DNA from: Octopus vulgaris
Lineage: Eukaryota
Assembly (NCBI GenBank): GCA_951406725.2
Contig: OX597820.1
Location: 18,104,001 to 18,168,000 of the forward strand
Direction of reading: 5' to 3'
DNA length: 64,000 nt
The notes under the pieces: model-generated
The model's database searches: none
Told to the model about the DNA's origin: nothing
The model's input: the letters and a program-made list of their open reading frames with translations, nothing else
Shown here: in pieces, positions 25,590-42,729 of the stretch
Position numbering within the stretch: position 1 is the stretch's first letter
How the letters are laid out: every line of letters begins with the position of its first letter
Made by a program: the position numbers and the translations under genes

Positions 25590-25920
25590 TGGCAATGAAC
25601 TGTGCTTGAGAAGACCTGTTGAGTCAAGTGAAATCATTGTTGTGGCCGATGCCGGTACTGCTTGACTGGCACCCGTGCTGGTGGCATGTAAGAAGCACCA
25701 TTCGAGTATGGTCAACACCAGTACTACTTCACTGGCTCCCGTACCAGTGGCACATAAAAAGCACCATTTGAGCATGGTCGATACCAGCACTGCCTGACTG
25801 GCTCCCATACCAGTGGCACATAAAAAGCATCATTCAAGCATGGTCGACACCAGTACTGCCTGACTGGCTCCTGTGCCAGTGGCACATAAAAAGCACCATT
25901 TGAACGTGGTCGTTGCCTGT
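25590..25920 (+). mobile_element. RTE 3' UTR with 66-bp tandem array
   Basis: Motif at ~25691, 25757, 25823 and 25889. Confidence 0.85.
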
Positions 25921-25929
25921 GAAGTCACC

Positions 25930-26108
25930 TAGAAGTTCTGAGTTCAGTCTCAGGTAAGACACTAAAGTGAATCACTAGACACCTGAAGACGGCTGGAGCA
26001 TGCAACAGCTGAAATGTAGTGAAAGCAACAATCAAGATGAGGACACCACTCCGACTAATATAAGCAGCATACATAATACAAATTCTTCCTCTCAGAAATA
26101 TAGAATTG
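25930..26108 (+). mobile_element. Diverged relative of the tRNA-head/hammerhead element with canonical core
   Basis: B-box-like GAGTTCAGTCTC, then CAC-CTGAAGA-C-GGCTG..CAGCT-GAAA-TGTA-GTG (core 25983) and a homologous tail caagatgaggaca...aaatatagaa. Confidence 0.7.
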
Positions 26109-26219
26109 TATTATTTATGAGTGTTGTACTCATTCAATCGATCTCTTTTGTTGAACCACTAAGTTATGAGGATGTAAACAATAATTAGATTGTCATGTTA
26201 TTCATGTTTAATGATTAAG

Positions 26220-26892
26220 ACTGTCTGTCTGTATGAATGTTATATTTGTACATGTGTACTCCTATGTGTGTGTGTGTAGTTATGTATGTATATCAGTCTG
26301 TCTGTCTGTATGTATGTATGTATGTATATATGTATATATATGAATGAATGCATGAGTTTATGCACATATGTAAGTATATGTGTATGTATGTAGTTATGTC
26401 TGTCTGTCTGTCTGTCTCTCTATGTATTTATGTATGTATATTATCTTATCTATTTATCTATCTATCTACCTACCTATCTATCTGTCTGTATGTATGTATG
26501 TCTATCTGTCTGTATACACACACACACACACATATATATATACACACACATATATACATGAATGTTAGTTCTCTACATATGTATACATGAAAGCATGCGT
26601 GTGTATGGGGAGATGTAGTTATCAGTGTGTGTATGTGTGTATCACCAATGTTTATTCAGGAGCAAAAGAAATCAATAAAAGCAAAGATTCCAACGAAGAA
26701 ATCAATAGTTGTTTAGATCTCGTCTTTGTCACAGAATAGGTGCCGGTCAATAACAAAGTAAACAGGCTCATCAGTTGAAATTGTGTCATGTATATCAACA
26801 TACCTACCTACCAACCTACCAACCTACCAACCTGCATACCTGCATACCTGCCTACTTACCTACATATCTATCAATCTATCTATCTGTCTGTA

Positions 26893-26965
<73 letters not shown>

Positions 26966-27083
26966 GTCTGTCTGTCTATCTATCTATCTATGTGTCTGGC
27001 TATCTATCTGTCTGCCCATCTGTCTGTCCATCCGTCTGTCTGTCTGTCTCTATACATACATACATACATAATCATCATCAGTG

Positions 27084-27133
<50 letters not shown>

Positions 27134-27205
27134 CATATATATATATATGCATATATATATATCTATCTATCTATATATACATATATGTGTGTGTGTGTAT
27201 GTATG

Positions 27206-27296
<91 letters not shown>

Positions 27297-27316
27297 GTAT
27301 ATATAAATATATAGAG

Positions 27317-27347
<31 letters not shown>

Positions 27348-27376
27348 CAGGTAGTAGGTTGACAGATAGGTAATAA

Positions 27377-27407
<31 letters not shown>

Positions 27408-27420
27408 TATACACACACAT
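26220..27420. repeat. Mixed tetranucleotide/dinucleotide microsatellite block (TATC, TGTC, TATG, TA, CA)
   Basis: Visible directly. Confidence 0.9.
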
Positions 27421-28624
27421 TTCAAACTGAAATTACAGCTACAAGCTTTAGATCACACTCATAAGTTCCCCATTTTACTGATTTTTCAAGCAACCAAAGA
27501 AATAAACAAAACAAACCCATCCTCATACACGGTATAAAATATGAAAATGACTAAATATGCATATTGACAATGTAAAGCCTTTTGATGTATTTGAAACATG
27601 TTATGTTATTGTATAACTCTATCTCACTCAGTCTTTTGATATATGTTGGCAAAAATAAATATTTGATACACATCAACCAAAGAATATTTTTTATACAACA
27701 GGTATTAATATATTACGTGACTATTCAGTTTTCAGCCATTAGATGACTTAAAATATTCTAACAAATATTTTGATTTGTGATGACAATAAGATATTAATTC
27801 TGAATGGATGTTCAAGATAGAGTTTCTATGGAACAGCATGTGCATTTTCTCAAAGAGGCAAAGATCACAACCATTGCTACACAGTTTTTGAAGCTAGGCA
27901 GCAGTTGTAATATATCCCAAATAATTCTATGGTCTCTAACTGTAAGTTTTCAAAGAGCATATGAAAGAGCTTTCAAGATTTCTAAAAGAATGACAATGAG
28001 GATAAAATCTTCCTTTAAAATTATACTCAGTTAACCTCATATAATCTTTGAAAACTGAATTATCAGCTGTAATTATTTTACACAATAAATTATCAATTTC
28101 AACAGACAGGAATTATTTAATGGGAGGTATTAGCTATAAGTAATTTTATTAAGATTTTTACAACTGATGTTTACTATTTATGAGGCAAAATTATGTACAG
28201 TACTGAAGCCACATTTAATATTACTAGTAATCAATTTTTAAAATTTTTATTATTCTTATTTATCAGTGTTTATCTGATAAGACAATGTTTATCCAATAAG
28301 TTAAAGAAAAACCTAGCAATACGTGTGTATATATTTTCACTTAATGGGATATTAAACTAAATAATTTTGTTTTCAGCTTTTATGTATCTGAGAATGAAGA
28401 TTATTTACATAGATATTTTTATCTTTAAATCCATTTTGCTTCATTGCTTCATTTATCAGAAGGGTTTAGATTGTTGAAGTAGGATCTATATCGATGAAAT
28501 CTTTCTAGGCATTTTGACACACTAACTATTCTGTCAGTTCTGTGCCCTTAATAACAACAACCACAACAACAATTACATTAATAATAATAATAATAATAAT
28601 AATGAAAATAATAATAACAATTCA

Positions 28625-28822
28625 ACTACCAACATGACTCAAAAAGATTGGTACAAATGTAAAGATAGGACACCTACAAAAATCATCACTGCTTGGAATT
28701 GCAAGAGTTTTTCATAGGGTTCTTGAAGCCTGATCAGTAAACAAGTGTCACCTTAATCTGCTGGCTGTAGAGAGCAAACACTTTCTACCATACCCAGCAA
28801 AATAAGCTGAGATTTCTCATCA
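28625..28822 (+). mobile_element. RLE LINE extreme 3' fragment in (AAT)n
   Basis: LQKSSLLGIARVFHRVLEA* followed by a short UTR. Confidence 0.65.
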
Positions 28823-28852
28823 AATAATAACAATGATTATTATTATTATTAT

Positions 28853-29240
28853 TACTCTTTTACTCTTTTACTTGTTTCAGTCATTTTGACTGTAGCCATG
28901 CTGGAACACCGCCTTTAATCGAGCAACTCAACCCCGGGACTTATTCTTTTTGTAAGCCCAGTACTTATTCTATCGGTCTCTTTTGCCGAACCGCTAAGTA
29001 ACGTGGACATAAACACACCAGCATCGGTTGTCAAGCAATGCTAGGGGGACAAACACACACACATATATATATATACATATATACGACGGGCTTCTTTTCA
29101 GTTTCCGTCTACCAAATCCACTCACAAGGCTTTGGTCGGCCCGAGGCTATAGTAGAAGGCACTTGCCCGAGGTGCCACGCAGTGGGACTGAACCTGGAAT
29201 CATGTGGTTGGTAAACAAGCTACTTACCACACAGCCACTA
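28853..29240 (-). mobile_element. SINE family A
   Basis: Family match. Confidence 0.9.
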
Positions 29241-29264
29241 TTATTATTATTATTATTATTATTA

Positions 29265-29697
29265 TTGAGTGAGAGAGCAGTGCATGCCATCAAAGTGACA
29301 CTGGGGTAAAATATACAAAGCCCAGTATAACCATCATGACTACCCGTCTGATAAGGGTACATTAAGCACATGCATCACAACCATATGTGCGCGACTTGGT
29401 GATCTCATATCAAAACAAACAGCGCATGACTTTGCAGGTGAGGCCCAGTTAGAATTTTCTTCTGGTCAAGTAGCCCATCCCACTCAAAAGGTCCCTGAAT
29501 AAGGATTGTTTAAGGATGTTGAATGAAACACCTATATTTCCAGAGGCAAATTATTCAAACCCCAGAGAATCCCTCTCAACACATGACTATGATACTCCTC
29601 CACTACTTCTGCTCAGGATCAGAGATGCACATGTCGTCAGCCACTAAGGGACATGGTCAACTGTCACTTTGATGGCATGCACTGCTCTCTCACTCAA
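29265..29697 (-). mobile_element. Truncated (AAT)n-embedded element with a 36-bp inverted copy of its own terminus
   Basis: 29265-29300 is the reverse complement of 29662-29697; body matches 32018-32415. Confidence 0.85.
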
Positions 29698-29699
29698 TC

Positions 29700-29732
<33 letters not shown>

Positions 29733-29779
29733 TTTTCAAATTTTGACACAAGGACCATAAGTTTGGGGAGGTGTATTAA

Positions 29780-30962
29780 AAAGTGTGAAGAGGATTTTGA
29801 AATCCAACCTGAATGCCAAAAATTTGATTACTGCAATGAATATCAGTTGTGGTGGTCAGATATAGTGTGTCCATTCACAAATGGAATAAGGAAGAAATAT
29901 CAACACTGGATAGAAGGACGAGAAAGTTGATGACGCTGCATGGGGCGCTACACCCTAAAGCAAACGTAAACAGACTGTATATGAAAAGAAAAATGGTGGC
30001 AGAGGACTAATTAGTATAGACCATTGTATAAGGAGTGAAAAGAGAATGCTTGCCGTGTATTTGATGAATAGTAATGAAGACCTGCTGCAATATACTACGA
30101 ATGACATGGGTGTAAATGCAGATGAAATGATGGGCAAGGAAGAGTTTAACCAAAGAGCTGAGGAGCCTTCTTGAAATGAGAATGTATGGAGAGTTTGAAA
30201 GGAATACACAAGACGTTAAGGATAATACAGCATCATGGGCATGGCTTGAGTGAGGTGATTTGAAGCATACCACTGAAAGCCTGATCATTGCTGTACAAGA
30301 CCAGGCTCTCACTACCAATTCAGTGAAGTATAGCATCTATAAAACTTCTGACATGAAATGCAGACTCTGTGGAAAGAGTGTGGAAAATGTGACCCACTTG
30401 GTCAGTGGATGTGAGAGCCTTGCACAAACAAGAATACAAGTGCTGTAAATATCAATATGAAGTAACAGAGAACTGGTATGAGCATGTACCAAGTAAAGTT
30501 ATGCAGGGGGGTGGAAAAGTACTGATGGTCTGGGTCTATGATTTTCAGACGGATCGTGTAATCGAACACTATTGGCTGGATATTGTCATATTGAATGAGA
30601 GAGACAAATACTGTCAGATCATTGATGCAGCCATACCAAATGACATGAACGTTGTGAGTTAAGAGGTCAAAAAATATCATCAAGTACTCTGATCTGAAAC
30701 TGGAAATGGCAAGACTGTATGGAATGCGAGAGGGTAATGCAAAAGTGATATCAGTGGTGATTGGAGCATTAGGTTCAATTCCATTGAAACTTCAAAACGT
30801 CTTAAAGCAACTGGAAATCCCATGCAAGATTGATGTCTTGCAAAAAGCAGCCATATTGGGCACAGCACACATCTTACGGAAAGTATTATCTGTCTGAAAT
30901 CCTTGTTGTGAGTTGACAGATGACCAAAGGCTCCAGGTTTTTTACCTACACTGTGTTACGAA
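29780..30962 (+). pseudogene. Decayed R4/Dong-type LINE ORF (RT thumb, CCHC knuckle, restriction-like endonuclease)
   Basis: HPKANVNRLYMKRKNGGRGL, TESLIIAVQDQAL, CRLCGKSVENVTHLVSGC, DIVILN..IIDAAIP, IGALG, LQKAAILGTAHILRKVL; several stops and frameshifts; (AAT)n tail. Confidence 0.9.
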
Positions 30963-31004
30963 GGAATAATAATAATGATAATATTAATAATAATAATTAT
31001 AATA

Positions 31005-31700
31005 ATCCTTTCTACTATAGGAACAAGGACTGAAATTGTGGGCGAGGGGATGAGTCGATTACATTGGCACCAGTGTTTAACTGGTGCTTATTTTATTGAC
31101 CTCAAAGGTAAAGTTGACCTCAGCAAAATATGAACTCTGAATGTAGTAACGAGTGAAATACTGCTAAGCATTTCGTCCGATGCGCTAACGATTCTGCCAG
31201 CTCAATGCCTTAATAATAATAATAATCCTTTCTACTCTTGACACAAGGCCCGAAATTTTTGGGGAGGGGGCCAGTCGATTAAATTGACCCCAGTACGCAA
31301 CTGGTACTTATTTTATCAACCCCGAAAAGACGAAAGACAAAGTCGACCCCAGCGAAATTTGAACTCAGAACATAGCAACGGGCGAAATACTGTTAAGTGT
31401 TTCGTCCGGCACACTAACGATTCTGCCAGCTCACCACCTTAATAATAATAATAATAACAATAATAATAATAATAATAATAATAATCCTTTCTACTAAAAG
31501 TATAAGACCTGAAATTTGTTGGGAGGGGACTAGTCGATTACATCAACCCCAGTGTTTCACTGGTACTTAATTTATCAACCCTGAAAGGATGAAAGTTAAA
31601 GTCAACTTCAGTAAAATTTGAACTCAGAACATAAAAGACAGATGAAATACACTAAGCATTACACCCAGCGGGCTAACGATTCTGCCAGCTCACTGCCTTA
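31005..31700 (-). mobile_element. Three head-to-tail SINE family B copies separated by (AAT)n
   Basis: Copies at 31005-31212, 31225-31440 and 31485-31700. Confidence 0.9.
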
Positions 31701-31718
31701 ATAATAATAATAATAATG

Positions 31719-31806
<88 letters not shown>

Positions 31807-31814
31807 TAATAATA

Positions 31815-31856
<42 letters not shown>

Positions 31857-31859
<3 letters not shown>

Positions 31860-32413
31860 GCCCTGATGCAGTACCAGGCAGTGGCTCTCATGGCTTCTGA
31901 TCTTAACTGATTGGAAGTGTTATCATGTACATTGTTTTGTCTTGGTATAAAAGATGGGCTACAGCAAATATTCTGCTCAATACCACAGATTTGCTTGTCA
32001 GTTGTTTGACCTTAACCAGTTGAGCATGTCCCTTAGTGGCTGACGATATGTGCATCTCTGATCACGAGCAGAAGTAGTGGGGGAGCATCATAGCCATGTG
32101 TTGAGAGGGATTCTTTGGGGTTTGAATAGTTCACCTCTGGAAACATGGGTGGTTCTTTCAACATCCTTAAACAACCCTTATTCAGGGACCGTTTGAGCAG
32201 GATGGGCTACTCAAAATGAAGAAAATTCTAACTGGGCCCCACCTGCAAGGTCATGTGCTGTTTATCTTGATATGAGATCACCATGTCGCGCACATATGGT
32301 TGTGATGCATGTGCCTGGTGTACCCTTATCAGACGGGTAGTCATGATGGGTATATTGGGCTTCGTATATTTTACCCCAGTGTCACTTTGATGGCATGCAC
32401 TGCTCTCTCACTC

Positions 32414-32415
<2 letters not shown>
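31857..32415 (+). mobile_element. ~555-bp non-coding element embedded in a long (AAT)n tract
   Basis: Homologous pieces at 21236, 29265 and ~63010-63170; both ends abut (AAT)n. Confidence 0.85.
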
Positions 32416-35830
<3,415 letters not shown>

Positions 35831-36205
35831 AGAGAAATATAAGAGGAGAGAATGAAATGCAAGATGGTGCAGGAAAAGATAATGGAAGAACCAGGATGAC
35901 AAAAAAAACAAAAATATGATTCTTCATAATGGATGTATAATTATCTTCCACATTATTGAAATGTTGCGTTCCTGAAATTCTTGGCTTAACATGGAATATC
36001 ATAGGGTTATAGATATTTTTCATTGACTCCCATGTTACATAGATGTTGATCAACATGGGAATCCATGAGAAATACATTTCACGTCAAAGAACTCCATCAT
36101 ACAGAAATGGTTTCAAGAATATAGTAACACTTCAGTAATTTGGTGAACATCTTTTGTTGTTGAACCTCAGTAACAGATGTAAAAGTGTGTATATAAACGT
36201 ATATA

Positions 36206-36614
36206 TACTCTTTTACTCTTTTACTTGTTTCAGTCATTTGACTGCAGCCATGCTGGAGCACTGCCTTTAGTCGAGCAAATCGACCCCGGGACTTATTCTT
36301 TGTAAGCCCAGTACTTATTCTATCGGTCTCTTTTGCCGAACCGCTAAGTGACGTGGACGTAAACACACCAGCATCGGTTGTCAAGCAATGCTAGGGGGAC
36401 AAACACAGACACACAAACATATACACACACACTTATATATATATACATATATACGACAGGCTTCTTTCAGTTTCCGTCTACCAAATCCACTCACAAGGCA
36501 TTGGTTGGCCCAGGGCTATAGCAGAAGACACTTGCCCAAGATGCCACGCAGTGGGACTGAACCCGGAACCATGTGGTTGGTTAGCAAGCTACTTACCACA
36601 CAGCCACTCCTGCG

Positions 36615-36618
<4 letters not shown>
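36206..36618 (-). mobile_element. SINE family A (young, full-length)
   Basis: Intact A/B boxes, retained CpGs and AAAAGAGT tail. Confidence 0.92.
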
Positions 36619-36649
<31 letters not shown>

Positions 36650-36663
36650 ATGTATGTACATAC

Positions 36664-36704
<41 letters not shown>

Positions 36705-36708
<4 letters not shown>

Positions 36709-36870
36709 ATTAGGGAGTAAATCCAAACTTACAGGGAAAAATTAGATTTAGGATTAAATCTAATTTTATAGTATAAATATATATATATATTATATTAAAT
36801 TAGAGATAAAACCACTATCAGGCAAATCAAACAGTGAAAATCATAAACCAATACATAGAAATAAAATTAA
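36705..36870. repeat. Dispersed AT-rich repeat adjacent to (TA)n
   Basis: Second copy at 50505-50660. Confidence 0.75.
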
Positions 36871-37358
36871 TTAATAAAAAATATATAAAATATAAAATTC
36901 AAAATTTAAAATATTTAAATTAAAGTTAAAATTTTAAAAATTATTTGAATTAATAATTTATACTTATAAATTTTTAAATATATATATATATATATATTTT
37001 ATTATTATTTTATTTATTAATTTTTTTTTTATTGGGACAAGAACGCAAAACATTTAGAAGACGATACAAAAATTATGGACAGGTCATTCGAAGCCTTTAA
37101 TCTTCAGTCAAGAACCAGATCATCCTCGCAATTTCGGCTGATTAATCTTGAGATTACTCCAATCTGGACATCCCCAAGGAAAAACTAAGCTAAGAGCATT
37201 AGATTCCTTGGAAAAAAGATCAAATGTATATGACAGAAGGACGGAAAAAAGGACGATGTTACAAGAATATAAATACAAAAATAATACAAAAAAACAATAA
37301 TAATAGTAATAACAGGACATAACAACAGGTGTCATTTGACTGTACATAGATATATACA

Positions 37359-37390
<32 letters not shown>

Positions 37391-38069
37391 GCAATAATAA
37401 ATCTCTGAAGGAGATGTAAACAGTAACCGCTCAACAACGTAAAGTATACTAGCCATCTCAATATGGCTAACCACTAATGGTGGGTGTTACTGTAGCTCGT
37501 AGCCCCAGGAGATCATCGTCTCCAGCTGGCTTTAGGCACACTTTCTGTGCTCTTATGGTATTTGCAAAGGGAGGTCATCCCTCTCTCGTAAACTTATATA
37601 TATATATATATATATGAATGGATGCTGGCTTTCGGTAAAACAAAATATGGGAGGATCAGTTAATTATGATTTAATTCAACATATTCCCCTCTCAGATTCA
37701 TACAATTATTGCAGTGGGCTTTCATTTTTCTAAGCCCTTTAAAAGGACTTGGAAGGTTGGGCCTCCAACCAGGCCTATCGTGATACCACTAAAACGATGA
37801 ACTTTTCAGCCCCTGCTCATATATATATATAAAATACAAAAATGGGACAAGAATGCAAAACATCCAGACAGTTAGGTGATACAAAAAGGGGACAACAAAG
37901 CATCCAGATAGACGATACAAAGAAAATAATGGGTCATTCGGAGTTTTCTTTTTTCAGTGTGAGTTCCAGATTGAGACATGGCCGCTCTCATGCACTTCTC
38001 ATGAGGAATTCCAGAAGGAGATTCATGATTTGACAGCAGAGATGCTTCTGGAAAAGAAAAAGAATTATT

Positions 38070-38199
38070 GGAAAACTGATTATAGCAGTGACTTGATCAA
38101 TTCCTAGGGATATCTGAAGAAGGAATTTTTGCATTCTGAAATATTATATCAGCCAATGATAATTAAATTATAACAATTATTATATTCCATTGCTATTAT

Positions 38200-38210
<11 letters not shown>
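38070..38210 (+). ncRNA. Minimal type I hammerhead motif in a dispersed element
   Basis: GATAT-CTGAAGA-A-GGAAT..ATTCT-GAAA-TATT-ATATC (38109-38150); same family as 59990-60120. Confidence 0.7.
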
Positions 38211-38250
<40 letters not shown>

Positions 38251-38491
38251 TAAATAAAACATATGCATATATATATACATATATGTACGTACCTACCTCT
38301 ACATGTATATATACATGCATATATGAGTACAGGACACCAAAAAAACGACGAACACAATGAGAAATGAAAACATAGACACAAACCCAAGGAACTGGACATT
38401 TTTCTTAAACAACAAAAAAATAGTGTACAGGACAAATAACACAAGGAAAAAATCCCTTCTTCAGTCGCCATGGTTTCATCTACTCTATATA

Positions 38492-39369
38492 CAGGTTGTG
38501 ATGGGTAAATTGTCACCATTTTATATTTTTAATCTCGTGCTTGAACATTGTTTTTGATTTTGTCAACTACACAGTTTAGTAGGGTAAGTTGGGCACTGTC
38601 TGTGAGAAAAGCAGTACCATGACTTAATTCATTCTGCCAGAAATTTGGAAACAACATGCTGTACTGCTTTGCATTCCTGCTGGAAGCTCAAATATGAACA
38701 TTTCAGAGTGTTTGGGTGTCAATCTGAGGACAGTGCAATCTGAGGACATGTACCGAGAGTGATAAAAATCAAATATCCACTCAACATCATGGTGTTTGGA
38801 TTGATCACTAGTGATAGTGACATTATGGCTCCATTCATCTTCAAACATGGCCCCAGACTCAACATGGAGGTCTACATCAATTGCCTGGAGGAGGTAGTGC
38901 TGCCCTGGGTAAAGAGGGTGGCTGCAGGAAGACCCTATGTCTGGCAACAGGACTCTGCACCATGCCACACAAGCAGGAGAACCCAGTCATGGCTGTCAGA
39001 CAATTTCTGCTACCACATTCATCTTCCCACATCACTCAACATCTGGCCACCTAACTTCCTAGCCTGCAGAACCCCTGGTTTTGTGTGGAAGAGACCAACA
39101 AAACTGTTTGTAACACCGAAGATGAACTGAAGGCAAGGATTATGGCAGCATTCACCAACTTAAACTAGGAGGCTGTCCAGAAGAGTTGCAGGAGATTCTG
39201 AAGTCGTCTGAAGGCCATGGTTAAAGCCAATGGCGATTTTATTGAATAAATTTACTCTTTAGTATTTCAAGATATCATCAGGTAATTTTGGTAAATATAT
39301 CTGTTAAAATGAAATGTCAGTGTTATTTTTATTTTTGCATAATTTAGACAACAGTTTATTCATTGCACC

Positions 39370-39372
<3 letters not shown>
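38492..39372 (+). mobile_element. Internally deleted Tc1/mariner (maT/DD37D-like) transposon
   Basis: TA-flanked imperfect TIRs CAGG(T/G)TG..ATG..TAAA.TGT; MVFGLITSD...YVWQQDSAPCHTS...WPPN. Confidence 0.85.
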
Positions 39373-39408
<36 letters not shown>

Positions 39409-40062
39409 TATGTATGTATGTATGTATGTACATATGTATGTACGTATACATGTATGTATGTATGTATGTATGCATGTATGTATGTATGTATGCATGTATA
39501 TATATATATATATATGTACATATGTATGTATGTATGTATGTACATATGTATGTACGTATACATGTATGTATGTATGTATGTATGCATGTATGTATGTATG
39601 TATGTATGTATGTATGTATGTATGTATGCATGTGTGTGTATGTATGTATGTATGTATGTATGTACGTATGCATGTATGTATGTATGTATGTATGTATGTA
39701 TGTATGTATGTATGTATGTATGTATGTATGTATGTATGTACGTATGCATGTATGTATGTATGTATGTATGCATGTGTGTGTATGTATGTATGTATGTATG
39801 TATGTATGTATGTATGTATGTATGTATGTATGTATGTACGTATGTATGTATGTATGTATGTATGTATGTATGTATGTATGTATGTATGTATGTATGTATG
39901 TATGTATGTATGTATGCATGCATGTATGTATGTATGTATGCATGTGTGTGTATGTATGTATGTATGTATGTATGTACGTATGTATGTATGTATGTATGTA
40001 TGTATGAATGTACGTATGCATGTATGTATGTATGTACGTATGCATGTATGTATGTATGTATG
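39373..40062. repeat. (TATG)n tract
   Basis: Visible directly. Confidence 0.95.
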
Positions 40063-40279
40063 TCCGTATATAGTCACCAATAAGCATGAACATTCAGCAT
40101 CATGATCAACATATTCAACGATAACCAAATAGCCCAAAATTGCAAGCACACACACACATGCACTCACACTCATTTGTGTGTGAGTGTATATATATGTGGG
40201 GCAGCTGATGTGGGAGGTATGTTGGATTGTTGGTATGGCTGTTTTTGTATAAGTGGAATAGTATTATAACACATCCTTT

Positions 40280-40317
<38 letters not shown>

Positions 40318-40319
<2 letters not shown>

Positions 40320-40770
40320 TCATCATCATCATTTAACGTCCGCTTTCCATGCTAGCATGGGTTGGACGGTTCAACTGGTGTCTGGGGAGCCCGAAGGCTG
40401 CACCAGGCCAGTCAGATCTGGCAGTGTTTCTACAGCTGGATGCCCTTCCTAACGCCAACCACTCCGAGAGTGTAGTGGGTGATTTTATGTGCCACCGACA
40501 CAGGTGCCAGACGAGGGTGGCGAACGGCCACGCTCGGATGGTGTTTTTATGTGCCACCGACACAGGTGCCAGACAAGGCTGGCAGACGACCACGCTCGGA
40601 TGGTGTTTTTTTTTTTTTATGTGCCACCGACACAGGTGCCAGACGAGGCTGGCGAATGACCACGCTCGGATGGTGTTTTTATGTGCCACCGACACAGGTG
40701 CCAGACAAGGCTGGCAGACGACCACGCTCGGATGGTGTTTTTATGTGCCACCGACACAGGTGCCAGACGA
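40318..40770 (-). mobile_element. RTE 3' UTR with 62-bp tandem array (x5)
   Basis: GTGCCACCGACACAGGTGCCAGAC at 40489, 40551, 40621, 40683 and 40745. Confidence 0.9.
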
Positions 40771-40812
40771 GATATATATATATATATGTATATATATGTA
40801 TATATATATATA

Positions 40813-41056
40813 TTTCGTTTTTTTATTTGGTTTGCAAGATTCTTTATATGAATTCGTGTGTTGAGGCATATTTTATTGTGTCTGAGGAGAGTCATTCTCT
40901 TTTAGTGGCTTATTAATTCAACACACTCACTGGTTTGATTTCCACTCACATATTTACTTTATCTAAAATTTTTGTTGCCTCTTGCAGCCTTTGCAGGATG
41001 CAACAAAAAATTTAGAAAAATGAAAAAAATGAGTGGAAATCGAACTGGTGGGTGTG

Positions 41057-41058
<2 letters not shown>
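40813..41058 (-). mobile_element. (TA)n-flanked dispersed element with terminal fold-back (40919-41058)
   Basis: Homologous (inverted) to 46570-46797; degenerate stem + GAAA-like motif. Confidence 0.7.
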
Positions 41059-41123
<65 letters not shown>

Positions 41124-41164
41124 AACCCATGCTAGCTTGGAGAACGGACGTTAAACGATGATGA

Positions 41165-41211
<47 letters not shown>

Positions 41212-41224
41212 GATGTATATTTAT

Positions 41225-41442
41225 TACTCTTTTACTTGTTTCAGTCATTTAATTGCGCCCATGCTGGAGCACCACCTTTAGTCGAATAAATCGACGCCCA
41301 AGACTTATTCTTTATAAGCCTAGTACTTATTTTATTGGTCTCTTTTTGCCAAGCCGCTAGGTGACGGGGATGCAAGCACACCAACATCGGTTGTTAAGCG
41401 ATGGTGGGGAACAAACACAGACACAAACAACAAACACACACA

Positions 41443-41481
<39 letters not shown>

Positions 41482-41625
41482 TTCTTTCAGTCTTCATCTA
41501 CCAAATCCACTCACAAGGCAGTGGTTGGCCTGAGGCTATAGTAGAGAACACTTGCCTAAGGTGCCATGCTGTAGGACTGAACCTGGAATTATGTGGTTTG
41601 GAAGCAAGCTTCTTACCACACAGCC
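41225..41625 (-). mobile_element. SINE family A
   Basis: Family match. Confidence 0.88.
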
Positions 41626-41715
41626 AATATAAAAATATTAATAAATTAGTGTGTTTAAATGTTGAGTAGAACACCAACACAATGTATGCATGTGTGTGTA
41701 TTGATACATATATAT

Positions 41716-41890
41716 ATATTACATGTTTTTATACATCATATATATCATATATCATATATTAGCACTTTTGTCCATTCTAGTGGAGTTTTCAAATTGATCT
41801 AATTGATAGTTCAAGTTGAAAACTCCACTAGAATGGACGAAAGCGCTAATATATGACCTATGATATATGATGTATATAAACACGTAATAT
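41716..41890. mobile_element. Fold-back (~80-bp arms) with U3-A8 hammerhead-like motif
   Basis: TTGAAAA-C-TCCA-CTAGAA-TGGA-C-GAAA-GCGC-TA at 41816-41848, mirrored in the left arm. Confidence 0.7.
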
Positions 41891-41988
41891 ACAAATAAAT
41901 ATCTGTAAATATATAACCATCCGAATTTCTTAGTACCTCATTTCTTCTAATATAAAATACCTGTACATCATCTCTAAACCTTCTAATA

Positions 41989-42031
<43 letters not shown>

Positions 42032-42289
42032 TTATGTATATATATTGATAGATAGATATACATATACACACACAGCTATCTATCGATTGATATATATATA
42101 TATTTATACACACACACACATGCATATATGTATATATATGTGAGTATATGCATATATATACATACATGTATATATGTGTGTGTGTGTGTAAAGTATGTAA
42201 TGTTTGTGTGTGTGTGTGTGAGTATGTATGTATTGTATGTATGGGTGAAGTGCAACAACAAGATTACATGGCTACAGAAGTGAAGACCA

Positions 42290-42670
42290 CCTATGCAGAG
42301 ACCCATTTAATTCAAGCACTGTTACAAATCTCATAACGAAGTTTGAAGAAGCAAATTCTTTGCTCGATGCTTTAAGGGCAGCTCAACCCTAAATCGAAGA
42401 GGGAAAAAGAAAGGGTTAGGAAAGCATAGTAAGATGTACAAAATTGAAAAGAAATTGGCCATGCATAATTCCACTTTTATAAGCAGAGCATGTGACATCC
42501 CAGATAAAATTTATGCAGATTATTCCATTCATGTGGTTTATGGCCGTACAAGATTTCTTTGCTGCAGTCAATTAAACATGAAGAAAGAGGAAAAAAGGCT
42601 TTAGAATTTATTCATGGATTTTGAATAATCAAAATTTACTTAATCGTATTTTGGGGTCAAATGGACCTTA
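42290..42670 (+). mobile_element. Decayed Tc1/mariner (rosa-like) transposase fragment
   Basis: STVTNLITKFEE and WPYKISLLQSIK motifs in broken frames. Confidence 0.5.
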
Positions 42671-42729
42671 TTTTCCTCTGGATGAGCTGGTTGATCACTG
42701 TGTTTGTAACATTTGGCCTCACAAAAACT

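Noticed and set aside
27804-28034. 76-aa ORF or possible host exon in unique DNA
   Set aside because: No recognisable domain and no convincing splice-site pair.
37030-37330. Dispersed repeat (also 37843-37955) with CAGCCGAAA and CTGAAGA on the minus strand
   Set aside because: The motifs are not in hammerhead order or spacing; family class could not be assigned.
38440-38485. CTGAAGA-AGGGA..TTCC on the minus strand as a hammerhead
   Set aside because: No GAAA after the stem and no stem I.
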